Source of the DNA: a virus
Direction: 5' to 3' (one strand)
Length of the DNA: 64,000 nt
IMG/VR virus record: IMGVR_UViG_3300046318_000491
Location: 32,001 to 96,000 of that record
Positions 34,728 to 44,072 of the stretch are shown one piece after another. The notes beneath the pieces were generated by a model. That model was not told the origin of the DNA. It saw only the letters and a program-made list of their open reading frames with translations, and did not search any database. The stretch's first letter is position 1; each line of letters begins with the position of its first letter. The position numbers and the translations under genes were made by a program.

Positions 34728-36791
34728 ATGACCACTGCCATTAATTTTCCAGACAATCCCTCGCTGAATGACCAATTCACGTCTAATGGCCGTGTATGGG
34801 AGTGGGATGGGTCTGCTTGGGGTGCAGTTACTGGTGTAAGTATTGGCGCTACGGGGCCTACTGGACCGACTGGCCCCCAGGGTGATGCAGGCCCTGGCGG
34901 TATTCAGGGTGATACTGGTCCAACTGGTGCAGACGGAGCCGATGGAGCTTCTGGCCTTGTCTATCAAGGCACGTGGAGCAGCGGAACTACTTATGCAGCC
35001 AACGACGTGGTAACTCTAGATGGGTCAGCGTATATCTCTACCATTGGAAACAATACTAACTTTAGCCCTACTGCAGGAATGTATTGGAATGTGTTTGCCG
35101 CTGCATCAGCGGGTGCGACGGGTGCTGATGGCGCAGATGGGGCAGCTGGTGTAGTCTATCGAGGCACGTGGGATTCTGGTACTACGTATGCTCAGGACGA
35201 TATTGCAACATATAGTGGCACTACATACATCTCGACAATCAATAACAACACTAACTTTACCCCTGGTGGTATGTACTGGAACGTATTTGCAAAAGCTGGC
35301 ACTGGATTCCGTTGGACCGGCACCTGGAGCAACATGGGCTATAACGGGTATTCCTATGTCACTAATGACGTAGTCGAGTATCAGGGCGGTGTGTATGTCT
35401 GTAAGGCATACTCTATGACTTCACAGACACCATTAGACTCAATGAGTGGCAATGTAAACTCAGACTGGTCACGAATGGTACCTAAGGCTACTAGTTTTAG
35501 GTATCGAGGTACTTGGTCGAGCATGGGCCCTGGAGATATGCTTGGCAGCTATGCAACAAATGACCTAGTTAATTATGGTGGAAATGTCTATCTTGCGACA
35601 ACAACCCCAAGCGGCACCCCTGGAACTATGGATGGCTATAGCTGGAGTGTTTTTGTTCCTAAGGCAACTGGATTCACTTTCCGCGGCGCTTGGCAAGACG
35701 GGCAGAATTCATACTACTACCAGCTAAATGATGTAGTTACTTACGAGGGATCAGCGTGGATTGTTGCCAGCACTAGCACGGGCATGGTCAACGGTTATCC
35801 AGGACAGAACTCCGGGATTTGGACCGTTTTTGCTGCAGCTGGCGCCACTGGTCTTGACTGGCGCGGAGCTTGGTCAGGCAGCGCTGACCCAGCCTATGCG
35901 GTAGGCGATGCAGTCGAATACAACGGAAGTAGCTACACGCTTGTAGAAAGCTATGGCAATATGCTACCCCCAGCGGCTGAAGACGGCTCAACTAACAGCG
36001 GCTGGAATCTAGTAGCGGCTAAGGGTAGCGAAGGCCCAACAGGGCCAGCCGCATTCAGCTACGTCGGCGCATATGGCACTGGTGGAAACTACTCCATTGG
36101 TGATGTTGTTACCGAAAGTGGTTCTACATATTTAGCTCTTGATATTGGCTCACTGAGCTGGCCTGCTGAAAGCCCCGACGAATGGGCACTACTTGCGGCG
36201 GCTGGTGCTACCGGGCCAACTGGTGCTGATGGAATAACACCTGCAGCACCGTTTACAATTACTCAGTCAGAAAACAACGCTGACTACCCACTAACTATCT
36301 CTTCTGCCAATGAGCAGAGCGGCGGGGCTGGCTACTCGGATATCCTGAAGTTGATTAACTCTAAAGCAGGGGCTACTAACGCAGCTAAGCACTTTAGAAT
36401 GAACACTGCAGGTGCATTAGAAATAGTTAATAGTGCATACTCTTCAACCATTTTCTCGATTGCAGATTCAGGAATCGTAACATCTTCAAATCTTGGAGAC
36501 ACTGGCTGGATCTCGGTCACATCATTTAATAGCGGATTTAGCGGTACAAGCGTTGCATATAGACGACTCAACAATGTTGTGTATTTGCGTGGACGTCTTA
36601 GCGGTGGTACTGCAGGATCAGGCGCATTTACATTGCCCGAGGGGTATAGACCAGCAACTATCGAGGTCGTAATTCCTACTCAGCAATATGGTACTGCAGG
36701 ATTAACCTACACATCAGTTGGAAACGATGGAAACGTTGTTCCAAATGCAACTGCTACTTGGCTTTCTAGCGTATCGTTCCCAGTAGGTTAG
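34728..36791 (+). CDS. Tail fibre / receptor-binding protein with seven CBM5/12-like aromatic repeats
   Basis: Repeats of [YFW].G.[WY]...Y...D.V.Y.G..Y; collagen-like linkers; C-terminal DTGW...YRR...VYLRG...FTLPEGYRP head typical of phage RBPs. Confidence 0.78.
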   Translation: MTTAINFPDNPSLNDQFTSNGRVWEWDGSAWGAVTGVSIGATGPTGPTGPQGDAGPGGIQGDTGPTGADGADGASGLVYQGTWSSGTTYAANDVVTLDGSAYISTIGNNTNFSPTAGMYWNVFAAASAGATGADGADGAAGVVYRGTWDSGTTYAQDDIATYSGTTYISTINNNTNFTPGGMYWNVFAKAGTGFRWTGTWSNMGYNGYSYVTNDVVEYQGGVYVCKAYSMTSQTPLDSMSGNVNSDWSRMVPKATSFRYRGTWSSMGPGDMLGSYATNDLVNYGGNVYLATTTPSGTPGTMDGYSWSVFVPKATGFTFRGAWQDGQNSYYYQLNDVVTYEGSAWIVASTSTGMVNGYPGQNSGIWTVFAAAGATGLDWRGAWSGSADPAYAVGDAVEYNGSSYTLVESYGNMLPPAAEDGSTNSGWNLVAAKGSEGPTGPAAFSYVGAYGTGGNYSIGDVVTESGSTYLALDIGSLSWPAESPDEWALLAAAGATGPTGADGITPAAPFTITQSENNADYPLTISSANEQSGGAGYSDILKLINSKAGATNAAKHFRMNTAGALEIVNSAYSSTIFSIADSGIVTSSNLGDTGWISVTSFNSGFSGTSVAYRRLNNVVYLRGRLSGGTAGSGAFTLPEGYRPATIEVVIPTQQYGTAGLTYTSVGNDGNVVPNATATWLSSVSFPVG

Positions 36792-39407
36792 TTAGAAACT
36801 ATTAGCAGCTCGTAGCGTGTTGCCCCAGTTAACTTCTCCGGTAGGTACTGCACGAGGATTTAGAACTCTATTGAGAATAGTCGCCTTTGCACCCTGACCA
36901 ACAACATCTAGTCCTCGATCAGATAGCTTACGTTGGAAAGCAATTTGAGTCATAGGACGTTCGCCACGCTCGCCAGACCACATACGGTAGACGGAGTAGA
37001 GGCTACTTACAATAACTGAAGTCTCCGCTGCTTCACGAGTTTCCTCATCGAGGAAAAGTCCAATACGGTCTTCGTTCTTACGGTAAATATCTGCTGCTTC
37101 ACGAACTGCAGTACACCAACCAAGAGGGTCGCGCTCACTAGAGCCCAGATACTTAATAGCACCTTCGACAGCCCATGATAGGACTGCAGGAAGACCGCCC
37201 TCTGGGTCAGACAGGTAGGCCTTAAGGTCAGGGTTAGAGCGGCTAGGGTCTGGAACGTGAGTCCAAGGAATTGGACGCAAGCGACGCCACATAGCATCGT
37301 CATTGATGATAGGTCGGTGGTTAGTGGTAATCCACAGCTTCCCCTGAGCCTTAAATGTAAACGGCTTTTCACCTGGAGAACGGCCCTGAATAGTAGAGGA
37401 ACCAGTCATCTGCTTGATCTGGTTTTCGTTTAGACGTTCAGACTCTGGCAACTCGTCAATCCAGATCATACGCTTACCGCGAAGTTCAGCCATGTAGTAC
37501 TGCGCAGACGAGTCGTTTGACTTACCAGCTGCCATAGTCTCAGATGGAAGCTTTCCAGCATACTGTTCTGTACTAAGAGCCGTGACAATAGTTTCAACAA
37601 ACGTGTTCTTACCGGAACCGGCTGGACCGTAGACCAGGAACAGGATATCCTGATTACTTAGCCCAGTGAGTGTATAGCCTACCGCACGCTGGATCCAGTC
37701 CTGAAGTTCCTTATCGCCACCAGTTGCAAAATCAATAAACTGCTCCCAGCGGACGTTGCGTAGACCTGGCGTATAAGATACTGGCGCACGCTTTGTAATA
37801 TACAAGTCAGGCTGACCCTCAAGCAGGTCGCCAGTGCGTAAGTCAACAACACCATTAAGTACGCCCAGTAGGTGAGCATCGCCGTCCCAGCGTTCAACGC
37901 CAGTTACAACACGAGGGTCCGAGTTAGCGTTCTTAATTGTTCCAGAGATAATCGTATTTGACTTGGCTTTCTTAGCCCAAGTTACAAGTTCTTGACGCTT
38001 AGTATCATCGCTAGCCGGGTAGTTAGTGACCTCACCCGCGATTACTGGAGCAAGCTTCTTTACAAGCTCTTGAATCTGTAGATCTTCAGAGTCTGGGTGC
38101 CAGTACTGACCGGTCCAGTGGAACCAACCAAGGCCAGGCGTGTATCGAATTGCAGATCCAAAAGTATCAACAAGACGACGACCATTACCCACATCGGTAA
38201 GAGTACGGAATCCTGGACGCCCGCCGTCCTCTGGGCTAACAGCGTCAACGTCGTTAGGCAGTGCTACGTTACCGTTACTAGTCGCTTCAGTAACAGACAT
38301 GCCCTGTTCGATCATTTCTGCTACAGCATCACCGACGATTCCGCTAGGAGATACTTCGGTTGAAGGAGCGTCTTGATTCCTGGAAGAAGCCTGTTCAGCC
38401 CACTCGCGCCCCTGAGTTTCAACCCAGTCTGATAGTCCTGGCCATGAGCGATCAATCTTTGGGTTGTTAGCAACAAAATCAATTGCACGGTGCACGTGCA
38501 TCAGAAGTGAGTTCTGTCCCTCGAGCTCCATTGGAGGGTGAACCATCTCGTGGTTAAAGCGAATCATCATTGATTCAATTGCAAGACGGCCCTTTTCATC
38601 AGTACCAAACTTATTTGCAAGTGCACAGCCGAGTCGATAGATCTCTACAGCACGCTGTCCCTCAACTAAACCCTCAGTGAGGATTTTGTCAATATCAACT
38701 GGATCCCCGGCAAACTCGAGGTCCTCCATCCAATCCCAGCTGCCCTCTTTATAAGAGCTACCGCTACCCTTACGAGCACTCTTAGCGCGTAGTACTGCAA
38801 GAAGTTCTTCTGGAGCTTCTGTAGGCTCCATCTTCCAAGGCTCGTGACCTTCCTTCCACTCGTATGTGATACCAGAGAAGTGGCGAGAAGGGTTTAGAAG
38901 AATATATCCATTGTGCTTTACGTCAATACCCTTGAGGCCAGCCTTGTCAAAATTACCAATGAACTTTTCGTTAGGGTCGCACTTATAGATTAGGTGACGG
39001 CCACGGACAACTTTGCCGCGGACAGTGTACTCGCCGGTGTGAGCTTCAACGGTTGGAGGTAGAGCACCATCAGAACGAGCCTCTAAAATCTCAAAAGAGT
39101 CATCTCCACCCGAACGCGGGTCGATATCAATTGCAAAAAGTCCAGAGCCCTTACAAAAAAGACCAACGTTATAGTCAGGATTTTCTGTCCACCACTTCTC
39201 AATCTGAGCTAAGTCAGTAGTGGCATCGGTCTGCCCGCCAGAACTGGCTGGGTGCTTACCAATATCTTTAATTTCCCCATGAGGCTTGCCGCATGTGCAG
39301 CGCCCATCGGAAGTGATTCCATGAACAGGAAGAATCTGCCAACCCTTTTTTGCATAGTAGGTTGCACCAGTAATCATTCGACCGTTAGCGGATGCCCAAT
39401 CTCCCAT
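36792..39407 (-). CDS. Bifunctional Prim-Pol primase fused to D5/P4-type SF3 helicase
   Basis: N-terminal C.C..H/KHP, W...PDYNVG and IDIDPR; TDVGNGRR (D5_N); Walker A GPAGSGKNT; TNHRP and DDAMWRRL. Confidence 0.93.
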   Translation of the reverse strand: MGDWASANGRMITGATYYAKKGWQILPVHGITSDGRCTCGKPHGEIKDIGKHPASSGGQTDATTDLAQIEKWWTENPDYNVGLFCKGSGLFAIDIDPRSGGDDSFEILEARSDGALPPTVEAHTGEYTVRGKVVRGRHLIYKCDPNEKFIGNFDKAGLKGIDVKHNGYILLNPSRHFSGITYEWKEGHEPWKMEPTEAPEELLAVLRAKSARKGSGSSYKEGSWDWMEDLEFAGDPVDIDKILTEGLVEGQRAVEIYRLGCALANKFGTDEKGRLAIESMMIRFNHEMVHPPMELEGQNSLLMHVHRAIDFVANNPKIDRSWPGLSDWVETQGREWAEQASSRNQDAPSTEVSPSGIVGDAVAEMIEQGMSVTEATSNGNVALPNDVDAVSPEDGGRPGFRTLTDVGNGRRLVDTFGSAIRYTPGLGWFHWTGQYWHPDSEDLQIQELVKKLAPVIAGEVTNYPASDDTKRQELVTWAKKAKSNTIISGTIKNANSDPRVVTGVERWDGDAHLLGVLNGVVDLRTGDLLEGQPDLYITKRAPVSYTPGLRNVRWEQFIDFATGGDKELQDWIQRAVGYTLTGLSNQDILFLVYGPAGSGKNTFVETIVTALSTEQYAGKLPSETMAAGKSNDSSAQYYMAELRGKRMIWIDELPESERLNENQIKQMTGSSTIQGRSPGEKPFTFKAQGKLWITTNHRPIINDDAMWRRLRPIPWTHVPDPSRSNPDLKAYLSDPEGGLPAVLSWAVEGAIKYLGSSERDPLGWCTAVREAADIYRKNEDRIGLFLDEETREAAETSVIVSSLYSVYRMWSGERGERPMTQIAFQRKLSDRGLDVVGQGAKATILNRVLNPRAVPTGEVNWGNTLRAANSF

Positions 39408-39442
39408 TAGTAAACCGCCTGTTCGTCATTAAAGAAATTCAT
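39407..39442 (-). CDS. Putative 11-aa leader ORF (MNFFNDEQAVY) coupled to the primase start
   Basis: GGAGAG-cat-ATG at 39442; its TAA overlaps the primase ATG (TAATG). Confidence 0.5.
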   Translation of the reverse strand: MNFFNDEQAVY

Positions 39443-39465
39443 ATGCTCTCCATATATCTAAGAAC

Positions 39466-39494
39466 AGCATACACACGGGTCGAGTACGCTGCAA
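39466..39494 (-). promoter_or_regulatory. Candidate sigma-A promoter for the primase
   Basis: TTGCAG-N17-TATGCT on the minus strand. Confidence 0.55.
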
Positions 39495-39634
39495 GTCAAA
39501 ACGCTAAATTGAGGTAAAGATACCTAACTCATTGGCGATCTGATTTAACAGCGCGTCAAATAAGGACGACCCTATTAGGGTAAAATAGGAAGAACAAATC
39601 TAATTGTTTCCCTCTAGAGAATCTATTATAGGTC

Positions 39635-39964
39635 ATGCCCATCGAGATTATTTTTACTATTGCAGCCGTAATTACCGCCCTTGGTGTAATCTTCGGTGGT
39701 GTATATGCTACCTTCCGCCTAGTCAACCGTATTAGTCAAGCAATTGGCGTAGACAGTAAAGGCAGAACTATATCAGAGCGTCTAGACCGTGTAGAGCACC
39801 AGCTCTGGGAAAATGGCGGAAGTTCATTGGCTGATAGAGTAAATGTGATCGGAGATCATGTAGTTAAGCTCTCAGCCGAGACCGAACTTATTAAAGATAT
39901 GGTAATTGGCGTAAAAACATCTCCAGTAAAAGTTGTAAAGACGCGCGTTAGAAAAGCTAGCTAA
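39635..39964 (+). CDS. Single-TM membrane protein of actinophage type (possibly lysis-associated)
   Basis: N-terminal TM helix, then RLDRVEHQL.ENGGSSLADRV. Confidence 0.55.
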   Translation: MPIEIIFTIAAVITALGVIFGGVYATFRLVNRISQAIGVDSKGRTISERLDRVEHQLWENGGSSLADRVNVIGDHVVKLSAETELIKDMVIGVKTSPVKVVKTRVRKAS

Positions 39965-40019
39965 CCAGCAAAACATGTAGTAGGATTTTCCTAGTGTAAC
40001 TTTAATCACTAGGAGAGAC

Positions 40020-40298
40020 ATGAACCTCAACGACAAGCTGAAGGTTGCTGCTGATGAGGCCGCTACCAAGCTCTGTAAGTTAGCAACGGTGCTTAACGGT
40101 CCAGAGCTTACTACGGACGAGAAGAAAAATCTAATCGCCCTGCTTGAAGTAGATGAGCGTAACCCTGCTCGAGTTCCTAGTTCAACCATCGGGCAAATTC
40201 TAAGAGAAGAAGGCTATGACCTCAGCGATAGCGCTGTAGATCGTCACCGCCGTAACCCAAAGACCTGCGCCTGCAAGCGAACAGTAGGTAAGAAATAA
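40020..40298 (+). CDS. Small putative Zn/DNA-binding protein coupled to the metallophosphoesterase
   Basis: N-terminal Cys plus C-terminal RHRR...CAC; TAATG overlap with the next gene. Confidence 0.55.
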   Translation: MNLNDKLKVAADEAATKLCKLATVLNGPELTTDEKKNLIALLEVDERNPARVPSSTIGQILREEGYDLSDSAVDRHRRNPKTCACKRTVGKK

Positions 40299-41500
40299 TG
40301 GGACTAGCAGATCGTCTTGAAGCACTAGCTTCTCCGGGTAAATCCGGCTCGGATTTTAAATTACTTAGCACTCCAGAAAACTGGCGTCCACGTATGGACA
40401 TCGACAGTGTCGCTGGAGGCTTTCTTATTTCTCAGGCACGCCCTGAAGGTGAATCTGTCGGTGCACGCGAAGTGCTACAAGAATTCAACCTAAACCCAGA
40501 TGAATGGAATGTAACTTCCGTACGTCTAGGTAAGTGGCAGAAATATGATGGCGAGTACCTAGAGTCTCAGCGTGTTAACGTTGTACCTGCAGCTACTAGC
40601 CGTATCGAGCAGCTAGATGCAGAGAAGCTCATCGATGAGATTAAAAAGTGGCGTCCAGCTAAGGGGACTAAGCAAGCAACTGGTCAAGGTTCATTTGCAT
40701 TGTTCCCGGCTGACCAGCAGATTGGTAAAAAGGCTGGCGGTGGTGGTACTCAGCAATCGATCAATCGAATCCTTGCACTAACAGAATCAGCAGTAGATCG
40801 TTTCAAGGGCTATCAGAAGATGGGCATGAACCTTGGCACAATTACTCTTGGCCTCCCAGGTGACCACGTTGAAGGTAACGTATCTCAGGGTGGACGCCTT
40901 CAGGGCCTAGCTGCATCTGATCTTGGAATCACCGAACAGGTACGTGTTGCACGTCGCTTACTTATGGCGCAGATTAAAGCGTTGGCTCCTCTTGCGGAAA
41001 ACATGATTGTTCCTGTTATCAACGGTAACCACGACGAGACCGGCCGCTATGTTGCAACCGATCCAGCTGATGGTTGGAACGTTGAGATTGCATCATCAGT
41101 ACAGGATGCTTGTGCGGAGAACCCTGCCCTACAGCACATTGAGTTTCGCTACCCTTCGTCAGGTCACCAGACTCTTGTGACAGAGATTTGTGGTGTACAC
41201 CTAGGTATGTTCCACGGCCACCAGGCTAACCAGAACAGTATCGAGAAGTACCTAGCGGGGCAGACTCTTGGTCAGACCGCACTAGGCGGTGCAGACATTT
41301 GGGTTTCAGGACACTTCCACAACTTCCGTACAATGGATATCGGTGAGCGCCTATGGTGCCAGTGCCCAACCACTGACCCCGGCTCTGACTGGTTCCGTGA
41401 CCGTGCTGGCGCTCAGTCGCGAGCCGGCCTGCTTACAATGGTATTTGGTGGAAGTTACGATGCACGCGAGAACCTCAGCGTGCTATCTATGAAGGGTTAG
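40298..41500 (+). CDS. Calcineurin-like metallophosphoesterase
   Basis: ADQQIG, GDHVE, GNHDE, HGH and GHFH motifs in canonical order. Confidence 0.85.
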   Translation: MGLADRLEALASPGKSGSDFKLLSTPENWRPRMDIDSVAGGFLISQARPEGESVGAREVLQEFNLNPDEWNVTSVRLGKWQKYDGEYLESQRVNVVPAATSRIEQLDAEKLIDEIKKWRPAKGTKQATGQGSFALFPADQQIGKKAGGGGTQQSINRILALTESAVDRFKGYQKMGMNLGTITLGLPGDHVEGNVSQGGRLQGLAASDLGITEQVRVARRLLMAQIKALAPLAENMIVPVINGNHDETGRYVATDPADGWNVEIASSVQDACAENPALQHIEFRYPSSGHQTLVTEICGVHLGMFHGHQANQNSIEKYLAGQTLGQTALGGADIWVSGHFHNFRTMDIGERLWCQCPTTDPGSDWFRDRAGAQSRAGLLTMVFGGSYDARENLSVLSMKG

Positions 41501-41502
41501 AA

Positions 41503-42570
41503 GTGAAGGTTGCAGTTTACACAATTGCTCTTAATGAAGAAAAGCATGTAGAACGTTGGTATAACTCTATAAAAGATGCAGACTACATTCTTATCGCTGA
41601 TACAGGATCTACGGATAAGACTGTAGAGATCGCTAAAAGCCTTGGAATCAATGTAGTAAACGTCCTCATAAAGCCATTTCGTTTTGACACTAGTCGTACA
41701 GCAGCTCTTGCTGCACTTCCTGCGGACATCGACTATTGCATTTCGTTAGACATGGACGAGGTCTTGACTGAAGGGTGGCGTCAAGATATCGAAACACTAG
41801 CCCCTCTAGAGCCGACCCAATCAGCAATCCTGAGAAGCACGCTAACCTGGAACTTTAGAGAAGACGGCACCCCCGGGCTACAATATGGCGCGGACCGTAT
41901 ACACTCTCGCTGGGGCGTTATGTGGCGTCAGCCAGCTCACGAAATTATTGGTACCTACGGTGAGTATAAAGAAGTACGTGGCACTGTCGGTTTTGGAATT
42001 CATCATTTAGCGGATGCCACTAAGTCCCGTGGGCAGTATATGGCGATGCTGAAAATGGCGGTAGACGAGAATCCATATAGCGATAGAAACGCCTTCTACT
42101 ACGCCAGAGAGCTCTATTTTTACGGTTTGTATAAGGAAGCTGCTAAAGAGTTTAAACGCCACCTAGAGCTTCCTACGGCCATATGGAAGCCAGAGAGAGC
42201 TGCCTCTCTACGCTACCTATCTATCTGTGAACCAGATAGTGCCGAGACTCACCTCGTTAAGGCCGTAGCAACGGACCCAAGCCGACGAGAGCCTAAGGTT
42301 GCACTTGCGCAGGAGTTCTATAAGAAGGAAGACTGGGAAAACTGCTACAAATGGTCGGTATCAGCCTTAGAAATCGAGAATAAGCCACTTGACTATATGT
42401 GCGAAGAGTTTGCATGGGACCACACACCCTTGGACCTTGCCGCGTTGGCTGCATACAACCTAGGTAAGTTTGAAGAAGCTCGTGAGTATGGCGCTAGGGC
42501 TGTAGAAATAAACCCAACAGATAATCGACTAATTGCTAATCTTCGTTGGTACTCTTCGGTGACTTCCTAG
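41503..42570 (+). CDS. GT2 glycosyltransferase with C-terminal TPR repeats
   Basis: IALNEEK, DTGSTDKT, F.FD.SR.AAL, SLDMDE and HE motifs; TPR-like helices. Confidence 0.9.
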   Translation: MKVAVYTIALNEEKHVERWYNSIKDADYILIADTGSTDKTVEIAKSLGINVVNVLIKPFRFDTSRTAALAALPADIDYCISLDMDEVLTEGWRQDIETLAPLEPTQSAILRSTLTWNFREDGTPGLQYGADRIHSRWGVMWRQPAHEIIGTYGEYKEVRGTVGFGIHHLADATKSRGQYMAMLKMAVDENPYSDRNAFYYARELYFYGLYKEAAKEFKRHLELPTAIWKPERAASLRYLSICEPDSAETHLVKAVATDPSRREPKVALAQEFYKKEDWENCYKWSVSALEIENKPLDYMCEEFAWDHTPLDLAALAAYNLGKFEEAREYGARAVEINPTDNRLIANLRWYSSVTS

Positions 42571-43012
42571 TTTTCTGAGCGTGAAAAGCTTCTACTGCAT
42601 TTGCACTAGTTCTACTCTGCCAGTTAAATCCACAATCAGTACACTTTACCATTTTCATGGTTGACCAGCGACCCTTACTAGGTCGCTCTACTGTTTCTGT
42701 AACTAAAGAATCTGTCTTGCTCTTGCAGTAAGGACATAGTGGAAAACGTTTATGACGCATCTCTTGTCCCTCCCAGTTCACTGAAAGAGTTCTACGAATC
42801 TGTTCCGGAGTTAGCCCACCCCAGATTCCCCAAATTTGCTTATTCTCCAGTGCCCACTTAGTGCATTCTGCCCTAACAGGGCATGCGTCACATAATTTTT
42901 TTGCATCCAATTGCTGAGACGGCTTATTAGCAAAGAACGTCTCTAAGTAGACTCTATTTTTTGGCTTAGAGCATTCAGAATTTTCATGCCATTCAGGGGA
43001 TGATTCTATCAA
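42536..43012 (-). CDS. whiB: Second WhiB-family protein with C-terminal zinc ribbon
   Basis: W...SEC...FF...AKKLCDACPVRAEC..WAL...GIWGG, then CPYC...CTDC. Confidence 0.88.
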   Translation of the reverse strand: MIESSPEWHENSECSKPKNRVYLETFFANKPSQQLDAKKLCDACPVRAECTKWALENKQIWGIWGGLTPEQIRRTLSVNWEGQEMRHKRFPLCPYCKSKTDSLVTETVERPSKGRWSTMKMVKCTDCGFNWQSRTSANAVEAFHAQKTRKSPKSTNED

Positions 43013-43344
43013 AAGTCATTTACCTTAACCCAGGTGGCAGGAGTTACAAAGTCTAAAACATATCCATTTTCTGTTTCACCAAGTTCGTCGCAGGGCATAG
43101 GCCCGTCTACACCAGTTGGAGACATTCCAGAATAACTATAATCTACTTCAGCCATATCAATCATTTTAAAGCCTTGCCCTAGGGATAGAGCAATTCCTTC
43201 ACGCTGGAGAGTAGATGCTAGTGCCTTCCGCACAACTTCGTGCTCAAGGTCAACATGCCCTTCGGTATAGAAAAGCAGCCCATCGCCAGATGAGTCTACG
43301 TCCCATAAAAACCAAAGGGACTCGCCGATACGAGAATCTTTCAT
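43009..43344 (-). CDS. Hypothetical phage protein
   Basis: ORF track 43009..43365; ATG 43344 lies 6 nt after TACAAT and may be the real start. Confidence 0.6.
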   Translation of the reverse strand: MKDSRIGESLWFLWDVDSSGDGLLFYTEGHVDLEHEVVRKALASTLQREGIALSLGQGFKMIDMAEVDYSYSGMSPTGVDGPMPCDELGETENGYVLDFVTPATWVKVNDF

Positions 43345-43402
43345 AAAAAGATTGTATCTTGACAAGTCCCTTTGGTACGGAATACTTACCGTAAATTACA
43401 AA

Positions 43403-43636
43403 TTAGAATGGCTTGGCTACACTGTGCTTAACATTGCCAAAAGCAGTGACTACAAAGCTAGTAGCTAGATCGGAATCCTTTTTAGGGTCTGGAACGGATA
43501 CCTTCAGTTCAATGTCAACAAGAGCTGGGGCAGCTAGTTCATCTACGCCCATAAACTTAGCTACTTCTTCATAGGCAGTAGCTCTTGCTTCGTCTAAAGT
43601 ATCCGCGCCATACTTCAATTCAAAATGAACTCGCAT
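43403..43636 (-). CDS. Hypothetical phage protein
   Basis: Coupled ORF within the minus-strand operon. Confidence 0.6.
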   Translation of the reverse strand: MRVHFELKYGADTLDEARATAYEEVAKFMGVDELAAPALVDIELKVSVPDPKKDSDLATSFVVTAFGNVKHSVAKPF

Positions 43637-44064
43637 TACTTTACCTTCTTTTCTAGCTTGTACGGGGAGTAGTGGACGCCCTTAAGATCAGGCAGCTTGC
43701 CATCGGTCGAGTTCACGATTACATCTCCATAACGGACAGCAATAACCTTACCTCGGCGACCATTATGAGCGACTCCAGTGCTGTCATTAAAAGCGTCTGT
43801 AAGAACGCGCACCTCATCACCAACCTTGATCTGACCTGGCTGTAGTGGAATCCAAATAGCGTCAGGTTCATCAATCGGAGTCAATATAGTTGCATTAAGA
43901 GCCAACTTGCTAAATACGGCTACTGCTTCTTTAGCTAGATTCGGCGAGAGCTTATCCATCGTCTCCCACACTTCTAAAAGCTTAAGCACTGCATTTCCCG
44001 AGCCAATTTTTACCTTGGCCTCCTGGAGCTGCTGACGTACCCAGTCATAATTTACTTCTGGCAT
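43636..44064 (-). CDS. Hypothetical protein with C-terminal SH3/KOW-like domain
   Basis: IKVGDEVRV...HNGRRGKVIAV; AGGAG SD. Confidence 0.6.
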   Translation of the reverse strand: MPEVNYDWVRQQLQEAKVKIGSGNAVLKLLEVWETMDKLSPNLAKEAVAVFSKLALNATILTPIDEPDAIWIPLQPGQIKVGDEVRVLTDAFNDSTGVAHNGRRGKVIAVRYGDVIVNSTDGKLPDLKGVHYSPYKLEKKVK

Positions 44065-44072
44065 TTTTTCTC

